From Escherichia coli (GTDB lineage Bacteria > Pseudomonadota > Gammaproteobacteria > Enterobacterales > Enterobacteriaceae), in assembly GCF_044324785.1 (NCBI RefSeq), contig NZ_CP172127.1: 64,000 nt of DNA; one strand, 5' to 3'. The notes under the pieces were generated by a model. It searched no databases. It worked only from the letters and a program-made list of their open reading frames with translations, and was not told where the DNA came from. Below, one piece after another: positions 15,972 through 32,676 of the stretch. Made by a program: the position numbers and the translations under genes. Each line of letters begins with the position of its first letter. The first letter of the stretch is position 1.

Positions 15972-16805
15972 ATGGAACTCATTGAAAAACATGCCAGCTT
16001 TGGCGGCTGGCAAAATGTGTATCGGCATTATTCCCAATCACTGAATTGTGAAATGAATGTCGGCGTCTATCTCCCACCAAAAGCCGCGAATGAAAAATTG
16101 CCGGTACTGTACTGGCTTTCGGGCCTGACCTGTAACGAGCAGAATTTCATTACTAAATCGGGGATGCAGCGTTACGCGGCTGAGCACAACATTATTGTTG
16201 TTGCGCCAGACACCAGTCCACGAGGCAGCCATGTCGCAGATGCCGACCGTTACGATCTCGGGCAAGGTGCCGGGTTTTACCTGAACGCAACGCAAGCGCC
16301 GTGGAATGAACATTACAAAATGTATGATTATATCCACAACGAGCTGCCGGATTTAGTAATGCAACATTTTCCGGCAACGACCAGAAAGTCTATCTCAGGT
16401 CATTCTATGGGTGGGCTGGGCGCGCTGGTGCTGGCGTTACGTAACCCAGATGAATATGTCAGCGTCTCGGCGTTTTCGCCCATTGTCTCCCCATCGCAAG
16501 TACCGTGGGGACAGCAAGCCTTTGCCGCATATCTTGGTGAAAATAAAGATGCCTGGTTGGATTACGATCCGGTGAGTCTTATTTCACAAGGTCAACGCGT
16601 TGCGGAAATCATGGTTGATCAGGGGTTGAGTGATGATTTTTACGCAGAACAGCTGCGGACTCCAAATCTTGAAAAGATCTGCCAGGAGATGAATATCAAG
16701 ACGTTAATCCGTTATCACGAGGGTTACGACCACAGCTATTATTTTGTCTCCAGTTTTATTGGCGAGCATATTGCCTACCACGCCAATAAACTGAATATGC
16801 GTTGA
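15972..16805 (+). CDS. frmB: S-formylglutathione hydrolase, 277 aa
   Basis: Esterase motif GHSMGG; position after frmA. Confidence 0.9.
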   Translation: MELIEKHASFGGWQNVYRHYSQSLNCEMNVGVYLPPKAANEKLPVLYWLSGLTCNEQNFITKSGMQRYAAEHNIIVVAPDTSPRGSHVADADRYDLGQGAGFYLNATQAPWNEHYKMYDYIHNELPDLVMQHFPATTRKSISGHSMGGLGALVLALRNPDEYVSVSAFSPIVSPSQVPWGQQAFAAYLGENKDAWLDYDPVSLISQGQRVAEIMVDQGLSDDFYAEQLRTPNLEKICQEMNIKTLIRYHEGYDHSYYFVSSFIGEHIAYHANKLNMR

Positions 16806-16820
16806 TAATAGTGCACGGCT

Positions 16821-16916
16821 GCCGGATGCGGCGTGAACGCCTTATCCGCCTACATTTCGCCCGCAGGCCGTAGGCATGATAAGACGCGGCAGCGTCGTAT
16901 CAGGCATCTGCGCACG
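16821..16916. repeat. REP/BIME element between frmB and yaiL
   Basis: GCCGGATGCGGCGTGAACGCCTTATCCGCCTAC followed by a second REP-like unit. Confidence 0.8.
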
Positions 16917-16928
16917 ACTTATCTATGT

Positions 16929-17468
16929 TTACCACATCAAATCATCAGGCACTTTGAAGTCGGCATACGGATCGTCTTCATCCTGCTCTTCGGCACTGAG
17001 CGCGCTGTGCAACACAATACTGCTGGCATCACGCTGAGCAATTTTATCGGCAACGCTGGCAGGAATAATGGCGTATTCACCTTCGCTATTGTTATCGACC
17101 AACAAGCGGGCAATCGCCAGACGACCATTAATCAACTGCGCTTGCGTGAGCTTATCGACAAAGATTTTCTTAATCAGATTACCGTCAGTGAAGTTAAAAC
17201 CAATATCGCCATTAGCAATGGTGATTCGGTTCATTTCAATGAGCTGCTTCACCTGAGCTTTATATTCTTTCGCCAACGCCGCTTGTTTTTGCTGCTCGCT
17301 AAGCTGTTTATCACGTTCAAGCTGTGCCTTTTTATTTTCTTCTACCGCCGCCCGAGCTTCACGCGCCTGAACGCGCGATTTTTTCGCCGTTCTCTCGACC
17401 TTCGCCGCTTTTTTGCTGGTGACTAATCCTGCTTTGAGCAACTGCTCTTGTAAGGTAAGTTTTGCCAT
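16929..17468 (-). CDS. yaiL: DUF2058-family protein YaiL, 179 aa
   Basis: Start placed at ATG 17468 (MAKLTLQEQLLKAG…); the ORF-track start 17480 is an upstream TTG. Confidence 0.8.
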   Translation of the reverse strand: MAKLTLQEQLLKAGLVTSKKAAKVERTAKKSRVQAREARAAVEENKKAQLERDKQLSEQQKQAALAKEYKAQVKQLIEMNRITIANGDIGFNFTDGNLIKKIFVDKLTQAQLINGRLAIARLLVDNNSEGEYAIIPASVADKIAQRDASSIVLHSALSAEEQDEDDPYADFKVPDDLMW

Positions 17469-17569
17469 CTTTGTTTCCAAACCCGCTGAATAATTTTTAG
17501 CGAGTATACCTGTAAACGCCGTAGGTGTATTGGGGGCAAGTCCCTTTCGCCCCTACTTAATAAGGCGCG

Positions 17570-18781
17570 TCAGGCATCGGCGCACGGCTGCATTCGTGAT
17601 CTCCGGCTCATCAAAATAAACACCGCCAACCCCGCAACAAGAATACCCGGCGCAGAAGCGGCCATTACGCCAACTGTGCCAGTACCTAATGCCAGCATTT
17701 TCCCGGCCAGTAACGGACCGCTCATAGCCCCCAGACGCCCTACCGCCACGGCTGTTCCCACACCTGTTGCGCGAATCTGCGAACTGTAAAACAACGGTGC
17801 CAGGGCATACAAAACGCTTTGCCCACCTGTCGCAAACAACCCCGCGACGAATCCCGCCAGCAACATACCGTTAAATGACGACACCGTTCCCAGCGCCAGC
17901 AGCGAAGCTAACATGCCGCTATAAATCAGTAGCGACATGGTTACTGGACGCAGCTTATCCATCAATGCGCCCAACATTAACGTCCCGCTTGCCGCACCCA
18001 TTTGCAGTGCAAACATCACCCCTGCCGCCTGCGATGGCTGGAATCCTTGCTCCACCAAAAGCAGCGGTAGCCAGTTGATCAACATGTAGACCACCAGCAG
18101 AGTGAAGAAATAACACAACCACAGCAGCAGCGTCGCGGTTGCCGTTTCTGGCGCAAATAACGCACGCAGTGGTGGCGCAGCCTGTTTTTCGCCAGCGAAA
18201 ACCGCCGACTCCGGCAGCCAGCGCATTAATAGCGGCACCAGAATCAACGGCACCACACCACCTACCCAAAACACCGTTTGCCATGCTAAGTTTGCCCCCG
18301 CGAAACCCAGCGTCGCCGCCAGCGCCGCGCCAATGGGGACACCGCAATACATCAGGCTCACTGCCGTCCCACGAAAACGTGGCCCCGCGGCTTCAGACGT
18401 CAGGGCGATCAGATTCGGCAACGCCGCCCCCAGCCCGACACCGGTCATCAGCCGCGCAAAGACCAGCGAGGGAAAATCCCAGGCAATCGCCGTTGCCAGT
18501 GAGAACAAACCAAACAGCGCAACTGAGCCAATCAAAATTCGCTTGCGACCATAACGGTCCGCCAGCATTCCGCCAACCAACGCGCCGGGTAGCAAACCGA
18601 GTATTCCGGCGCTGAATATCCAGCCCATTTGCATTTTATCGAGTGCAAAAGCCTGGGCGATGCCACCCGCCGCAATGCCAGCCGCCTGAAGATCCAGCCC
18701 TTCCATCAGAGCGACCAAAAAACAAAGCCCGATAGTCAGCATCAGGCGGGATGAAGATGATGAAGGGGTACGAGTCGACAT
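17570..18781 (-). CDS. mhpT: 3-hydroxyphenylpropionate transporter (MFS), 403 aa
   Basis: Start placed at ATG 18781 (MSTRTPSSSSSRL…); 12-TM MFS-like hydrophobicity. Confidence 0.85.
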   Translation of the reverse strand: MSTRTPSSSSSRLMLTIGLCFLVALMEGLDLQAAGIAAGGIAQAFALDKMQMGWIFSAGILGLLPGALVGGMLADRYGRKRILIGSVALFGLFSLATAIAWDFPSLVFARLMTGVGLGAALPNLIALTSEAAGPRFRGTAVSLMYCGVPIGAALAATLGFAGANLAWQTVFWVGGVVPLILVPLLMRWLPESAVFAGEKQAAPPLRALFAPETATATLLLWLCYFFTLLVVYMLINWLPLLLVEQGFQPSQAAGVMFALQMGAASGTLMLGALMDKLRPVTMSLLIYSGMLASLLALGTVSSFNGMLLAGFVAGLFATGGQSVLYALAPLFYSSQIRATGVGTAVAVGRLGAMSGPLLAGKMLALGTGTVGVMAASAPGILVAGLAVFILMSRRSRMQPCADA

Positions 18782-18874
18782 AAGATGAACCTCGTTGCGA
18801 GTGCAGGTGAATCGCGACTGATACATTGCCAGCCACGTAATCAGAACCATTTAATGACTGCCTACGGGCGAAAT

Positions 18875-18909
18875 GTAGGCCGGACAAGACGTTTACGCCG
18901 CATCCGGCA
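18875..18909. repeat. REP element between mhpE and mhpT
   Basis: GTAGGCCGGACAAGACGTTTACGCCGCATCCGGCA. Confidence 0.75.
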
Positions 18910-18956
18910 GTCGTGTTGGGATGGGCATACAAAATGCACGTTCTCGGCAGTCATCA

Positions 18957-19966
18957 TTATTTGTTGTTGCGCAGATCCAGCGCCACGTCGACGATCATAT
19001 CCTCCTGGCCGCCAACCATCCGGCGTTTGCCCAGCTCAACGAGAATATCCACCGCGCTTAAGCCATAACGCGCCGCCGCCGTTTCACAGTGACGCAGGAA
19101 GCTCGAGTAAACACCAGCGTATCCCAGCGCCAGCGTTTCGCGATCGACTCGTACCGGTCGATCCTGCAACGGACGCACCAGGTCGTCAGCGGCATCCATT
19201 AACGCATAGAGATCGGTCCCATGCTGCCAACCCAGTTTATCCGCGGCGGCAATAAACACTTCCAGCGGCGCGTTACCTGCGCCCGCGCCCATTCCCGCGA
19301 GACTGGCATCGATTCGGTCGCAGCCCTCTTCCACCGCCGCGATAGAGTTCGCCACGCCAAGACTCAGGTTATGGTGAGCGTGCATGCCGGTTTGCGTTTC
19401 TGGTTTCAGCACTGCTTTCAGAGCGCGGAAACGGTCACGGATATCGCTCATGTTCATCGCACCGCCAGAATCCACCACATAAATACAGGTCGCACCGTAG
19501 CCTTCCATCAGCTTTGCCTGCTTTGCGAGATTCTCCGGCGTGGTCATATGGCTCATCATCAGAAAACCAACGGTGTCCATTCCGAGCTCGCGGGCATACT
19601 GAATATGCTGGGCGGAAACATCGGCTTCGGTACAGTGCGTTGCCACACGAACCACCCGCGCGCCAGCCTGCCAGGCATTTTTCAAATCGTGAATAGTGCC
19701 GATTCCAGGCAGCAACAACGTCGCGATTTTGGCGTGCTTCACCACATCCGCCGCTGCTTCAATCCATTCAAGGTCGCTATGTGCGCCGAAACCATAGTTA
19801 AAGCTGGACCCCTGCAAACCGTCGCCATGGGCCACTTCAATCGAATCCACGCGGGCATCGTCCAGTGCTTTGGCAATCTGGCGAACGTTTTCCAGCGAAT
19901 ACTGATGACGAATGGCGTGCATACCGTCACGCAACGTGACGTCCGAGATATATAGTTTTTTACCGT

Positions 19967-19970
<4 letters not shown>
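18957..19970 (-). CDS. mhpE: 4-hydroxy-2-oxovalerate aldolase, 337 aa
   Basis: Recognised by sequence and operon position. Confidence 0.9.
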
Positions 19971-21732
<1,762 letters not shown>

Positions 21733-22599
21733 TTAAGGGCGTGCGAGGAAATTCAGCACCAGTTGATTGAAAGCGTCGGCATGTTCCCACTGCGCCCAGT
21801 GACCACAGTCGCGGAAGATATGCAGTTCAGAACCGGCAATGCCGGACAGCAGACGCAGACCCGCATCCATCGGCACAAAGCGGTCGTTGCGCCCCCAGAC
21901 AATCAGGGTTTGCGCTTTGATTTCCGCCAGACGTGGGCCAAAATCCGGGAACTGTTTCGGATTGGCTTCCAGGCTCTTAACGAAGTTTTCCAGGTGATCG
22001 CGGCGCGACAGCATATTATTCAGGCGCGCTTCAAACAGGGCGTCGGTCAAATCGCTGGTATCAAAAACGAAGATATCCATCATCAGCTTCAGGTTTTCGA
22101 TAGTCGGCTGACGATAAAGCTGATTCAGTCGCTTAATACCTTCGGTTGGCATCGGCGTAAACAAACTCATGCCGCCCGTACCACCGCCCATCAGCACCAG
22201 TTTGCCGACGCGCTCCGGCCAGTTAAGGGTGAACGCCACAGAACTATGGCCGCCCATCGAGTTGCCCAGCAGGTGGATTTTGGCGATATCCAGTTGATCC
22301 ACCACGCTTTTCAGGATTCGTGCATTAAGATCCGATCGCGAACCATTATTAACGATCGAATCGCTCTTACCCCAACCCGGGCAATCCAGCAGGATCACCC
22401 GGTAGCCCGCCTCTACCAGCGGATCGATATTGCGGCTGAAGTTCGCCCAGCCAGTAGCACCCGGGCCGGAACCGTGCAGCAGGACAACGGTTTCGTCGCC
22501 TTGTCCGCAGTCATTAAAATGGATGCGCAGCGTTTTACCCGCTTCTTCTACATTCAGAAAACGGCTGGTGGCGGCTTCGGTTTGTGGCTGATAACTCAT
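21733..22599 (-). CDS. mhpC: 2-hydroxy-6-ketonona-2,4-dienedioate hydrolase (alpha/beta hydrolase), 288 aa
   Basis: GNSMGG nucleophile elbow. Start placed at ATG 22599 ([10 protein letters not shown]…); an upstream ATG at 22662 would give 309 aa. Confidence 0.85.
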   Translation of the reverse strand: MSYQPQTEAATSRFLNVEEAGKTLRIHFNDCGQGDETVVLLHGSGPGATGWANFSRNIDPLVEAGYRVILLDCPGWGKSDSIVNNGSRSDLNARILKSVVDQLDIAKIHLLGNSMGGHSSVAFTLNWPERVGKLVLMGGGTGGMSLFTPMPTEGIKRLNQLYRQPTIENLKLMMDIFVFDTSDLTDALFEARLNNMLSRRDHLENFVKSLEANPKQFPDFGPRLAEIKAQTLIVWGRNDRFVPMDAGLRLLSGIAGSELHIFRDCGHWAQWEHADAFNQLVLNFLARP

Positions 22600-22616
22600 C
22601 ATCTTCTCCTGCATAT

Positions 22617-23561
22617 TCAGTTCTCTGTTCTGGCGCTTAACGAGCCAAATCCGGCAATCCACTCCGGGATTGGGCGGTAATAACGCCCTTCGCTACGCCA
22701 GTTGCCAAACGCAGAAATAGCGGCAAAAGCGGCGACCCAGGTTTTGATTTCATGTGTCGACTTTCCGGCAATGACGGAAAGCTCTTCGTTACTGACGGCA
22801 TCCAGTTCCTGTATGCGTCCCTGCTCCAGCAAAGTCATGAACTGGTTATCCCAAATCGGGTTGAGCGGATGCAGCGTTCTCTGATCCTCAACAAACTTCT
22901 CAGCGGCGCTAATCACCCGTTGCTGACGCAATTCGCGCTCACTGGCGGGTAAATCTTTCCCGCTCCCCAATAGACGGTCGCGCATATGGGCATCGGCTTT
23001 CGCCAGTTCTGGCACCGGCGGCTGATGGGAAAGCCCACCGGACCCAAGGAACAGCACGCGTTTATTGAGAGTGCTGGTGAAACGTCCAATGGCTTCCCCC
23101 AACATGCGGGTACGCTGGAAACCGGGCAACGGCGTGGCGACACCGTTGATGAACACAGGCAGAACCGGCACCTTATCCAGCCCACCGAGCAGGAACTCCA
23201 GCGGCTGGGCGAACCCGTGGTCCACCTGCATACAGTAAGAAACGGCAAGATCGATCCCGCTCTTCATGACGGCATGCGCACAGGCCTCCGCCAGCTCCAC
23301 AGGCACGGGCAGCTCACCTGCCGCACTGCCGAAATCACCAATTGCCGTCGCTCCAACGCCTAAACAGAACGGTGGCATCACGTCATAGAAAAAGCCGTTG
23401 TAGTGATCTGGCGCAAACAGCACCACCAGTTCAGGGGAGAAAGCCGCAATACGCTCGCGGGCGCTGGCAATCACGCCATTGACCTCATCGAGTACCTCTT
23501 GCGCCGGGTCGATATACCCCACCAACGGCGAGTGGGAAAGACAGTGAAGATAAGCGTGCAT
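22617..23561 (-). CDS. mhpB: 3-(2,3-dihydroxyphenyl)propionate extradiol dioxygenase, 314 aa
   Basis: Recognised by sequence and operon position. Confidence 0.9.
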   Translation of the reverse strand: MHAYLHCLSHSPLVGYIDPAQEVLDEVNGVIASARERIAAFSPELVVLFAPDHYNGFFYDVMPPFCLGVGATAIGDFGSAAGELPVPVELAEACAHAVMKSGIDLAVSYCMQVDHGFAQPLEFLLGGLDKVPVLPVFINGVATPLPGFQRTRMLGEAIGRFTSTLNKRVLFLGSGGLSHQPPVPELAKADAHMRDRLLGSGKDLPASERELRQQRVISAAEKFVEDQRTLHPLNPIWDNQFMTLLEQGRIQELDAVSNEELSVIAGKSTHEIKTWVAAFAAISAFGNWRSEGRYYRPIPEWIAGFGSLSARTEN

Positions 23562-23562
23562 A

Positions 23563-25227
23563 TCAGGCTACCTTTTCGACAGAAACGTCGGCATCAGGGC
23601 GGGTCAGCGTCATTACCGACGCCAGTTTATTCAGCGTATTGCCCAGGGTTTGCGGAATGGCGGTGGCGGCAACAAAGCGATCCGGGCGCATCACCACCAG
23701 CGAAGCATTGTGTTGCGCGAACCAGCTACGCAGGCGACCTTGCGTATCGCCCACGCGTAGTACGCCGTCGTGGTTATCCTGTGCGGTATGAATTTGCACT
23801 TCCGGCACCACCTGAATGAAGCGTGTGCCCAACGCGCGCCACTGCTGGATTTGCTCGTCGCTCATCCCCCACAGTGGATTGCATCCCCAGCCAATTACCG
23901 CGAAGTTCGCGCCGATCGCGTTATCGAGCAGCGTCACGTCGCCGTTTTCCAGCGTGACTTTCGGCTGAATAAACATCTTGCCGACCGGAGAGTGCTTCGC
24001 TTCAGCCTCACGCACCAGCGCACCGCCGTAATATTGCGGCATCGGCTTGAAGCGCATTTCGAGGAAGTAGCGTTTTACTGGCGGCAGATAATTCAGCAGC
24101 CAGGAAATGCCGTCACGTAACGTACCCTGCCAGCGTTTCGGCGGAGCCAGCACGTTGCCCGCCGTCACAGACAGGTCAATCATCGCTTTGGCGTGATCGC
24201 GACGTTCTTGTTGATAGGTATCGAGCAGCGCATCGCGGGCTTTCCCCTGGATAACCAACGCCAGTTTCCATGCGAGGTTAAAGGCGTCGCGCATACCACT
24301 GTTATAGCCCTGCCCCTGCCACACCGGCATGATGTGCGCGGCATCGCCCGCCAGCAGTACGCGATCAATACGAAAACGTTGCGCCAGTCGCGCGTTGTGG
24401 GTGTAGACACGCTGGCGAATCAATTCAACATTGTCCGGATTAGGCAGCACTTTGCTTAACAGCTTGCGCATATTTTGCGGCTCACGCAGCTGTTCTTCGG
24501 TTTCTCCCGGCATCACCATAAATTCAAAGCGACGTACCGCATGAGGCAGCGCGGCAGAAACATACGGGCGCACCGGATCACAACACAAATAGATATGCGG
24601 CGTACTTAACGGATCGTTGGCGATATCTACCACAATCCACTGATTTGGCGCAGTTTTACCTTCAAACGGCACATTCAGGGTGCGACGGACAAAACTTGCC
24701 CCACCATCACAGGCCACCAGCCACTGGGCTTTGACCGTTTCCCGCTGCCCTTCTTCCGTTTTCAGGTGCAAGGTCACTTCGTCATCTTGCTGGCTGAAGG
24801 CCTCCAGCTCGCGGGAAAACAGGCAGCGCACATTCGGAAAACGCGACAATCCTTCCAGCATCACCGCATCGACCTGAGGCTGAATAAAGGCGTTACGGCG
24901 CGGCCAGCCAAATTCATCGGTCATTGGCTGAATATCAGCAAAACAGCGACCTTTTGGGGTGAGAAAACGCATCGCGTGCCACGGCGTAGTGTGCGGCAGA
25001 ACATTATCGACCAGGCCAACCGACTGCATGGTGCGCAGCGCCTCGTCATCAATACCAATCGCACGCGGGTAGTCGATCAACTTATCGAGTTTCTCCACCA
25101 CCAGCACGTCAATGCCCATCTGGCCGAGATAGTTCGCCATCATCAGCCCGACCGGACCGGCACCAGCGATCGCCACCTGAACGCTATGGTTAACAGCAGG
25201 CTGGATGTCAGGGTGTTGTATTGCCAT
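23563..25227 (-). CDS. mhpA: 3-(3-hydroxyphenyl)propionate hydroxylase (FAD monooxygenase), 554 aa
   Basis: FAD-binding motif [13 protein letters not shown] near N-terminus. Confidence 0.9.
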   Translation of the reverse strand: MAIQHPDIQPAVNHSVQVAIAGAGPVGLMMANYLGQMGIDVLVVEKLDKLIDYPRAIGIDDEALRTMQSVGLVDNVLPHTTPWHAMRFLTPKGRCFADIQPMTDEFGWPRRNAFIQPQVDAVMLEGLSRFPNVRCLFSRELEAFSQQDDEVTLHLKTEEGQRETVKAQWLVACDGGASFVRRTLNVPFEGKTAPNQWIVVDIANDPLSTPHIYLCCDPVRPYVSAALPHAVRRFEFMVMPGETEEQLREPQNMRKLLSKVLPNPDNVELIRQRVYTHNARLAQRFRIDRVLLAGDAAHIMPVWQGQGYNSGMRDAFNLAWKLALVIQGKARDALLDTYQQERRDHAKAMIDLSVTAGNVLAPPKRWQGTLRDGISWLLNYLPPVKRYFLEMRFKPMPQYYGGALVREAEAKHSPVGKMFIQPKVTLENGDVTLLDNAIGANFAVIGWGCNPLWGMSDEQIQQWRALGTRFIQVVPEVQIHTAQDNHDGVLRVGDTQGRLRSWFAQHNASLVVMRPDRFVAATAIPQTLGNTLNKLASVMTLTRPDADVSVEKVA

Positions 25228-25417
25228 TTCAGTACCTCACGACTCGGACAAAATGCCGTTGCGCGCACAGTACAGCGCAACTTATTTTGTTAAAAACATG
25301 TAAATGATTTTTTATTGTGCGCTCAGTATAGGAAGGGTGTTTTCGGCTACAATCAAAACATGCCCGAATGTGCACCAGGTGCACCACGTTGTTTTAACTA
25401 TAGAAATGTCAATTAAT

Positions 25418-26251
25418 ATGCAGAACAATGAGCAGACGGAATACAAAACCGTGCGCGGCTTAACCCGCGGTCTAATGTTATTAAATATGTTAAATAAACT
25501 TGACGGCGGTGCCAGCGTCGGGCTGCTGGCGGAACTCAGCGGCCTGCATCGCACCACTGTGCGGCGACTGCTGGAGACGCTGCAGGAAGAGGGATATGTC
25601 CGGCGTAGTCCCTCCGATGACAGTTTCCGTTTGACCATCAAAGTGCGGCAATTAAGCGAAGGATTTCGTGACGAACAGTGGATTTCTGCACTGGCGGCCC
25701 CGCTGCTGGGCGATCTGTTGCGCGAAGTGGTTTGGCCAACAGATGTGTCCACCCTGGATGTTGATGCAATGGTGGTACGCGAAACCACCCACCGTTTCAG
25801 CCGCTTATCCTTTCACCGGGCAATGGTCGGGCGACGGTTACCGCTTCTGAAAACCGCCTCGGGCCTGACCTGGCTGGCCTTTTGCCCGGAACAAGAACGC
25901 AAGGAATTAATCGAAATGTTAGCCACCCGTCCCGGTGATGACTATCAACTGGCACGGGAACCGTTAAAACTGGAAGCCATTCTGGCGCGGGCGCGCAAAG
26001 AGGGGTACGGACAGAACTACCGCGGCTGGGATCAAGAAGAAAAGATCGCCTCTATTGCCGTACCGCTGCGCAGTGAACAACGGGTGATTGGCTGTCTGAA
26101 TCTGGTGTATATGGCGAGCGCAATGACCATTGAACAGGCAGCGGAAAAGCATCTTCCGGCGCTACAACGGGTGGCAAAACAGATCGAAGAAGGGGTTGAA
26201 TCGCAGGCTATTCTGGTGGCCGGACGGCGAAGCGGCGTGCATTTACGTTGA
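25418..26251 (+). CDS. mhpR: IclR-family activator of the mhp operon, 277 aa
   Basis: Start placed at ATG 25418 (MQNNEQTEYKTVRGL…); divergent from mhpA across 25228-25417. Confidence 0.85.
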   Translation: MQNNEQTEYKTVRGLTRGLMLLNMLNKLDGGASVGLLAELSGLHRTTVRRLLETLQEEGYVRRSPSDDSFRLTIKVRQLSEGFRDEQWISALAAPLLGDLLREVVWPTDVSTLDVDAMVVRETTHRFSRLSFHRAMVGRRLPLLKTASGLTWLAFCPEQERKELIEMLATRPGDDYQLAREPLKLEAILARARKEGYGQNYRGWDQEEKIASIAVPLRSEQRVIGCLNLVYMASAMTIEQAAEKHLPALQRVAKQIEEGVESQAILVAGRRSGVHLR

Positions 26252-26327
26252 CACCATCGAATGGCGCAAAACCTTTCGTGGTATGGCATGATAGCGCCCG
26301 GAAGAAAGTCAATTCAGGGTGGTGAAT

Positions 26328-27410
26328 GTGAAACCAGTAACGCTATACGATGTCGCAGAGTATGCCGGTGTCTCTTATCAGACCGTTTCCCGCGTGGTGA
26401 ACCAGGCCAGCCACGTTTCTGCGAAAACGCGGGAAAAAGTGGAAGCGGCGATGGCGGAGCTGAATTACATTCCCAACCGCGTGGCACAACAACTGGCGGG
26501 CAAGCAGTCGTTGCTGATTGGCGTTGCCACCTCCAGTCTGGCCCTGCACGCGCCGTCGCAAATTGTCGCGGCGATTAAATCTCGCGCCGATCAACTGGGT
26601 GCCAGCGTGGTGGTGTCGATGGTAGAACGAAGCGGCGTCGAAGCCTGTAAAGCGGCGGTGCACAATCTTCTCGCGCAACGCGTCAGTGGGCTGATCATTA
26701 ACTATCCGCTGGATGACCAGGATGCCATTGCTGTGGAAGCTGCCTGCACTAATGTTCCGGCTTTATTTCTTGATGTCTCTGACCAGACACCCATCAACAG
26801 TATTATTTTCTCCCATGAAGACGGTACGCGACTGGGCGTGGAGCATCTGGTCGCATTGGGTCACCAGCAAATCGCGCTGTTAGCAGGTCCATTAAGTTCT
26901 GTCTCGGCGCGTCTGCGTCTGGCGGGCTGGCATAAATATCTCACTCGCAATCAAATTCAGCCGATAGCGGAACGGGAAGGCGACTGGAGCGCCATGTCCG
27001 GTTTTCAACAAACCATGCAAATGCTGAATGAGGGCATCGTCCCCACTGCGATGCTGGTTGCCAACGATCAGATGGCGCTGGGCGCAATGCGCGCCATTAC
27101 CGAGTCCGGGCTGCGCGTTGGTGCGGATATCTCGGTAGTGGGATACGACGATACCGAAGACAGCTCGTGTTATATCCCGCCGTTAACCACCATCAAACAG
27201 GATTTTCGCCTGCTGGGGCAAACCAGCGTGGACCGCTTGCTGCAACTCTCTCAGGGCCAGGCGGTGAAGGGCAATCAGCTGTTGCCCGTCTCACTGGTGA
27301 AAAGAAAAACCACCCTTCCGCCCAATACGCAAACCGCTTCTCCCCAGGCGTTGGCAGATTCTTTAATGCAGCTGGCGCGACAAATTTCCCGACTGGAAAG
27401 CGGGCAGTGA
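26328..27410 (+). CDS. lacI: Lactose operon repressor LacI, 360 aa
   Basis: GTG start at 26328 (MKPVTLYDVAEYAGVSYQTVSRVVNQ…). The C-terminus carries substitutions relative to my recollection of K-12. Confidence 0.95.
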   Translation: MKPVTLYDVAEYAGVSYQTVSRVVNQASHVSAKTREKVEAAMAELNYIPNRVAQQLAGKQSLLIGVATSSLALHAPSQIVAAIKSRADQLGASVVVSMVERSGVEACKAAVHNLLAQRVSGLIINYPLDDQDAIAVEAACTNVPALFLDVSDQTPINSIIFSHEDGTRLGVEHLVALGHQQIALLAGPLSSVSARLRLAGWHKYLTRNQIQPIAEREGDWSAMSGFQQTMQMLNEGIVPTAMLVANDQMALGAMRAITESGLRVGADISVVGYDDTEDSSCYIPPLTTIKQDFRLLGQTSVDRLLQLSQGQAVKGNQLLPVSLVKRKTTLPPNTQTASPQALADSLMQLARQISRLESGQ

Positions 27411-27423
27411 GCGCAACGCAATT
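27403..27423 (+). promoter_or_regulatory. lac auxiliary operator O3
   Basis: GGCAGTGAGCGCAACGCAATT overlapping the lacI stop. Confidence 0.8.
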
Positions 27424-27444
27424 AATGTGAGTCAGCTCACTCAT
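27423..27444 (+). promoter_or_regulatory. CAP (CRP) binding site of the lac promoter
   Basis: TAATGTGAGTCAGCTCACTCAT with TGTGA…TCAC half-sites. Confidence 0.85.
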
Positions 27445-27458
27445 TAGGCACCCCAGGC

Positions 27459-27488
27459 TTTACACTTTATGCGTCCGGCTCGTATGTT
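27459..27488 (+). promoter_or_regulatory. lac promoter (-35 TTTACA, -10 TATGTT)
   Basis: TTTACA at 27459-27464 and TATGTT at 27483-27488, 18-bp spacer. Confidence 0.85.
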
Positions 27489-27494
27489 GTGTGG

Positions 27495-30607
<3,113 letters not shown>

Positions 30608-30613
30608 TAATAA

Positions 30614-31912
<1,299 letters not shown>

Positions 31913-31977
31913 GCAATCAATGTCGGATGCGGCGCGAGCGCCTTATCCGACCAACATATCAGGACGGAATGATCGCA

Positions 31978-32589
31978 ATGAACATGCCAATGACCGAAAG
32001 AATAAAAGCAGGCAAGCTATTTACCGATATGTGCGAAGGCTTACCGGAAAAAAGACTTCGTGGGAAAACGTTAATGTATGAGTTTAATCACTCGCATCCA
32101 TCAGAAGTTGAAAAAAGAGAAAGCCTGATTAAAGAAATGTTTGCCACGGTAGGGGAAAACGCCTGGGTAGAACCTCCCGTCTATTTCTCTTACGGTTCCA
32201 ACATCCATATAGGCCGCAATTTTTATGCAAATTTTAATTTAACCATTGTCGATGACTACACGGTAACAATCGGTGATAACGTACTGATTGCACCCAACGT
32301 TACTCTTTCCGTTACGGGACACCCGGTACACCATGAATTAAGAAAAAACGGTGAGATGTACTCTTTTCCGATAACGATTGGCAATAACGTCTGGATCGGA
32401 AGTCATGTGGTTATTAATCCAGGCGTCACCATCGGGGATAATTCTGTTATTGGCGCGGGTAGTGTCGTCACAAAAGACATTCCACCAAACGTCGTGGCTG
32501 CTGGCGTTCCTTGTCGGGTTATTCGCGAAATAAACGACCGGGATAAGCACTATTATTACAAAGATTATAAAGTTGAGCCTTCAGTTTAA
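31978..32589 (+). CDS. lacA: Galactoside O-acetyltransferase, 203 aa
   Basis: Start placed at ATG 31978 (MNMPMTERI…); hexapeptide repeats. The ORF-track start 31927 reads through a REP-like lacY-lacA spacer. Confidence 0.9.
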   Translation: MNMPMTERIKAGKLFTDMCEGLPEKRLRGKTLMYEFNHSHPSEVEKRESLIKEMFATVGENAWVEPPVYFSYGSNIHIGRNFYANFNLTIVDDYTVTIGDNVLIAPNVTLSVTGHPVHHELRKNGEMYSFPITIGNNVWIGSHVVINPGVTIGDNSVIGAGSVVTKDIPPNVVAAGVPCRVIREINDRDKHYYYKDYKVEPSV

Positions 32590-32606
32590 ATAAGCACTGA
32601 AATAAA

Positions 32607-32636
32607 TGTCGGATGCGCCACTGGGCACATCCGACA
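32607..32636. terminator. Hairpin between convergent lacA and cynX
   Basis: TGTCGGATGCGCC / GGCACATCCGACA, 13-bp stem with one mismatch and a 4-nt loop; REP-like. Confidence 0.45.
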
Positions 32637-32676
32637 ATAATTCACTCTTCCAATATCTGGCGAAACAAGCGTCGCA

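Noticed and set aside
31927-31977. Longer ORF-track starts for lacA (31927), mhpR (25304), tauA (10511), mhpT (18850), hemB (5993), cynX (33858), cynR (35109), codA (37370), prpR (44583), yaiL (17480) and mhpC (22662)
   Set aside because: These upstream extensions read through promoter, REP or leader sequence and add N-termini not seen in the proteins as I recall them; internal starts with better context were used instead. mhpC remains genuinely ambiguous.
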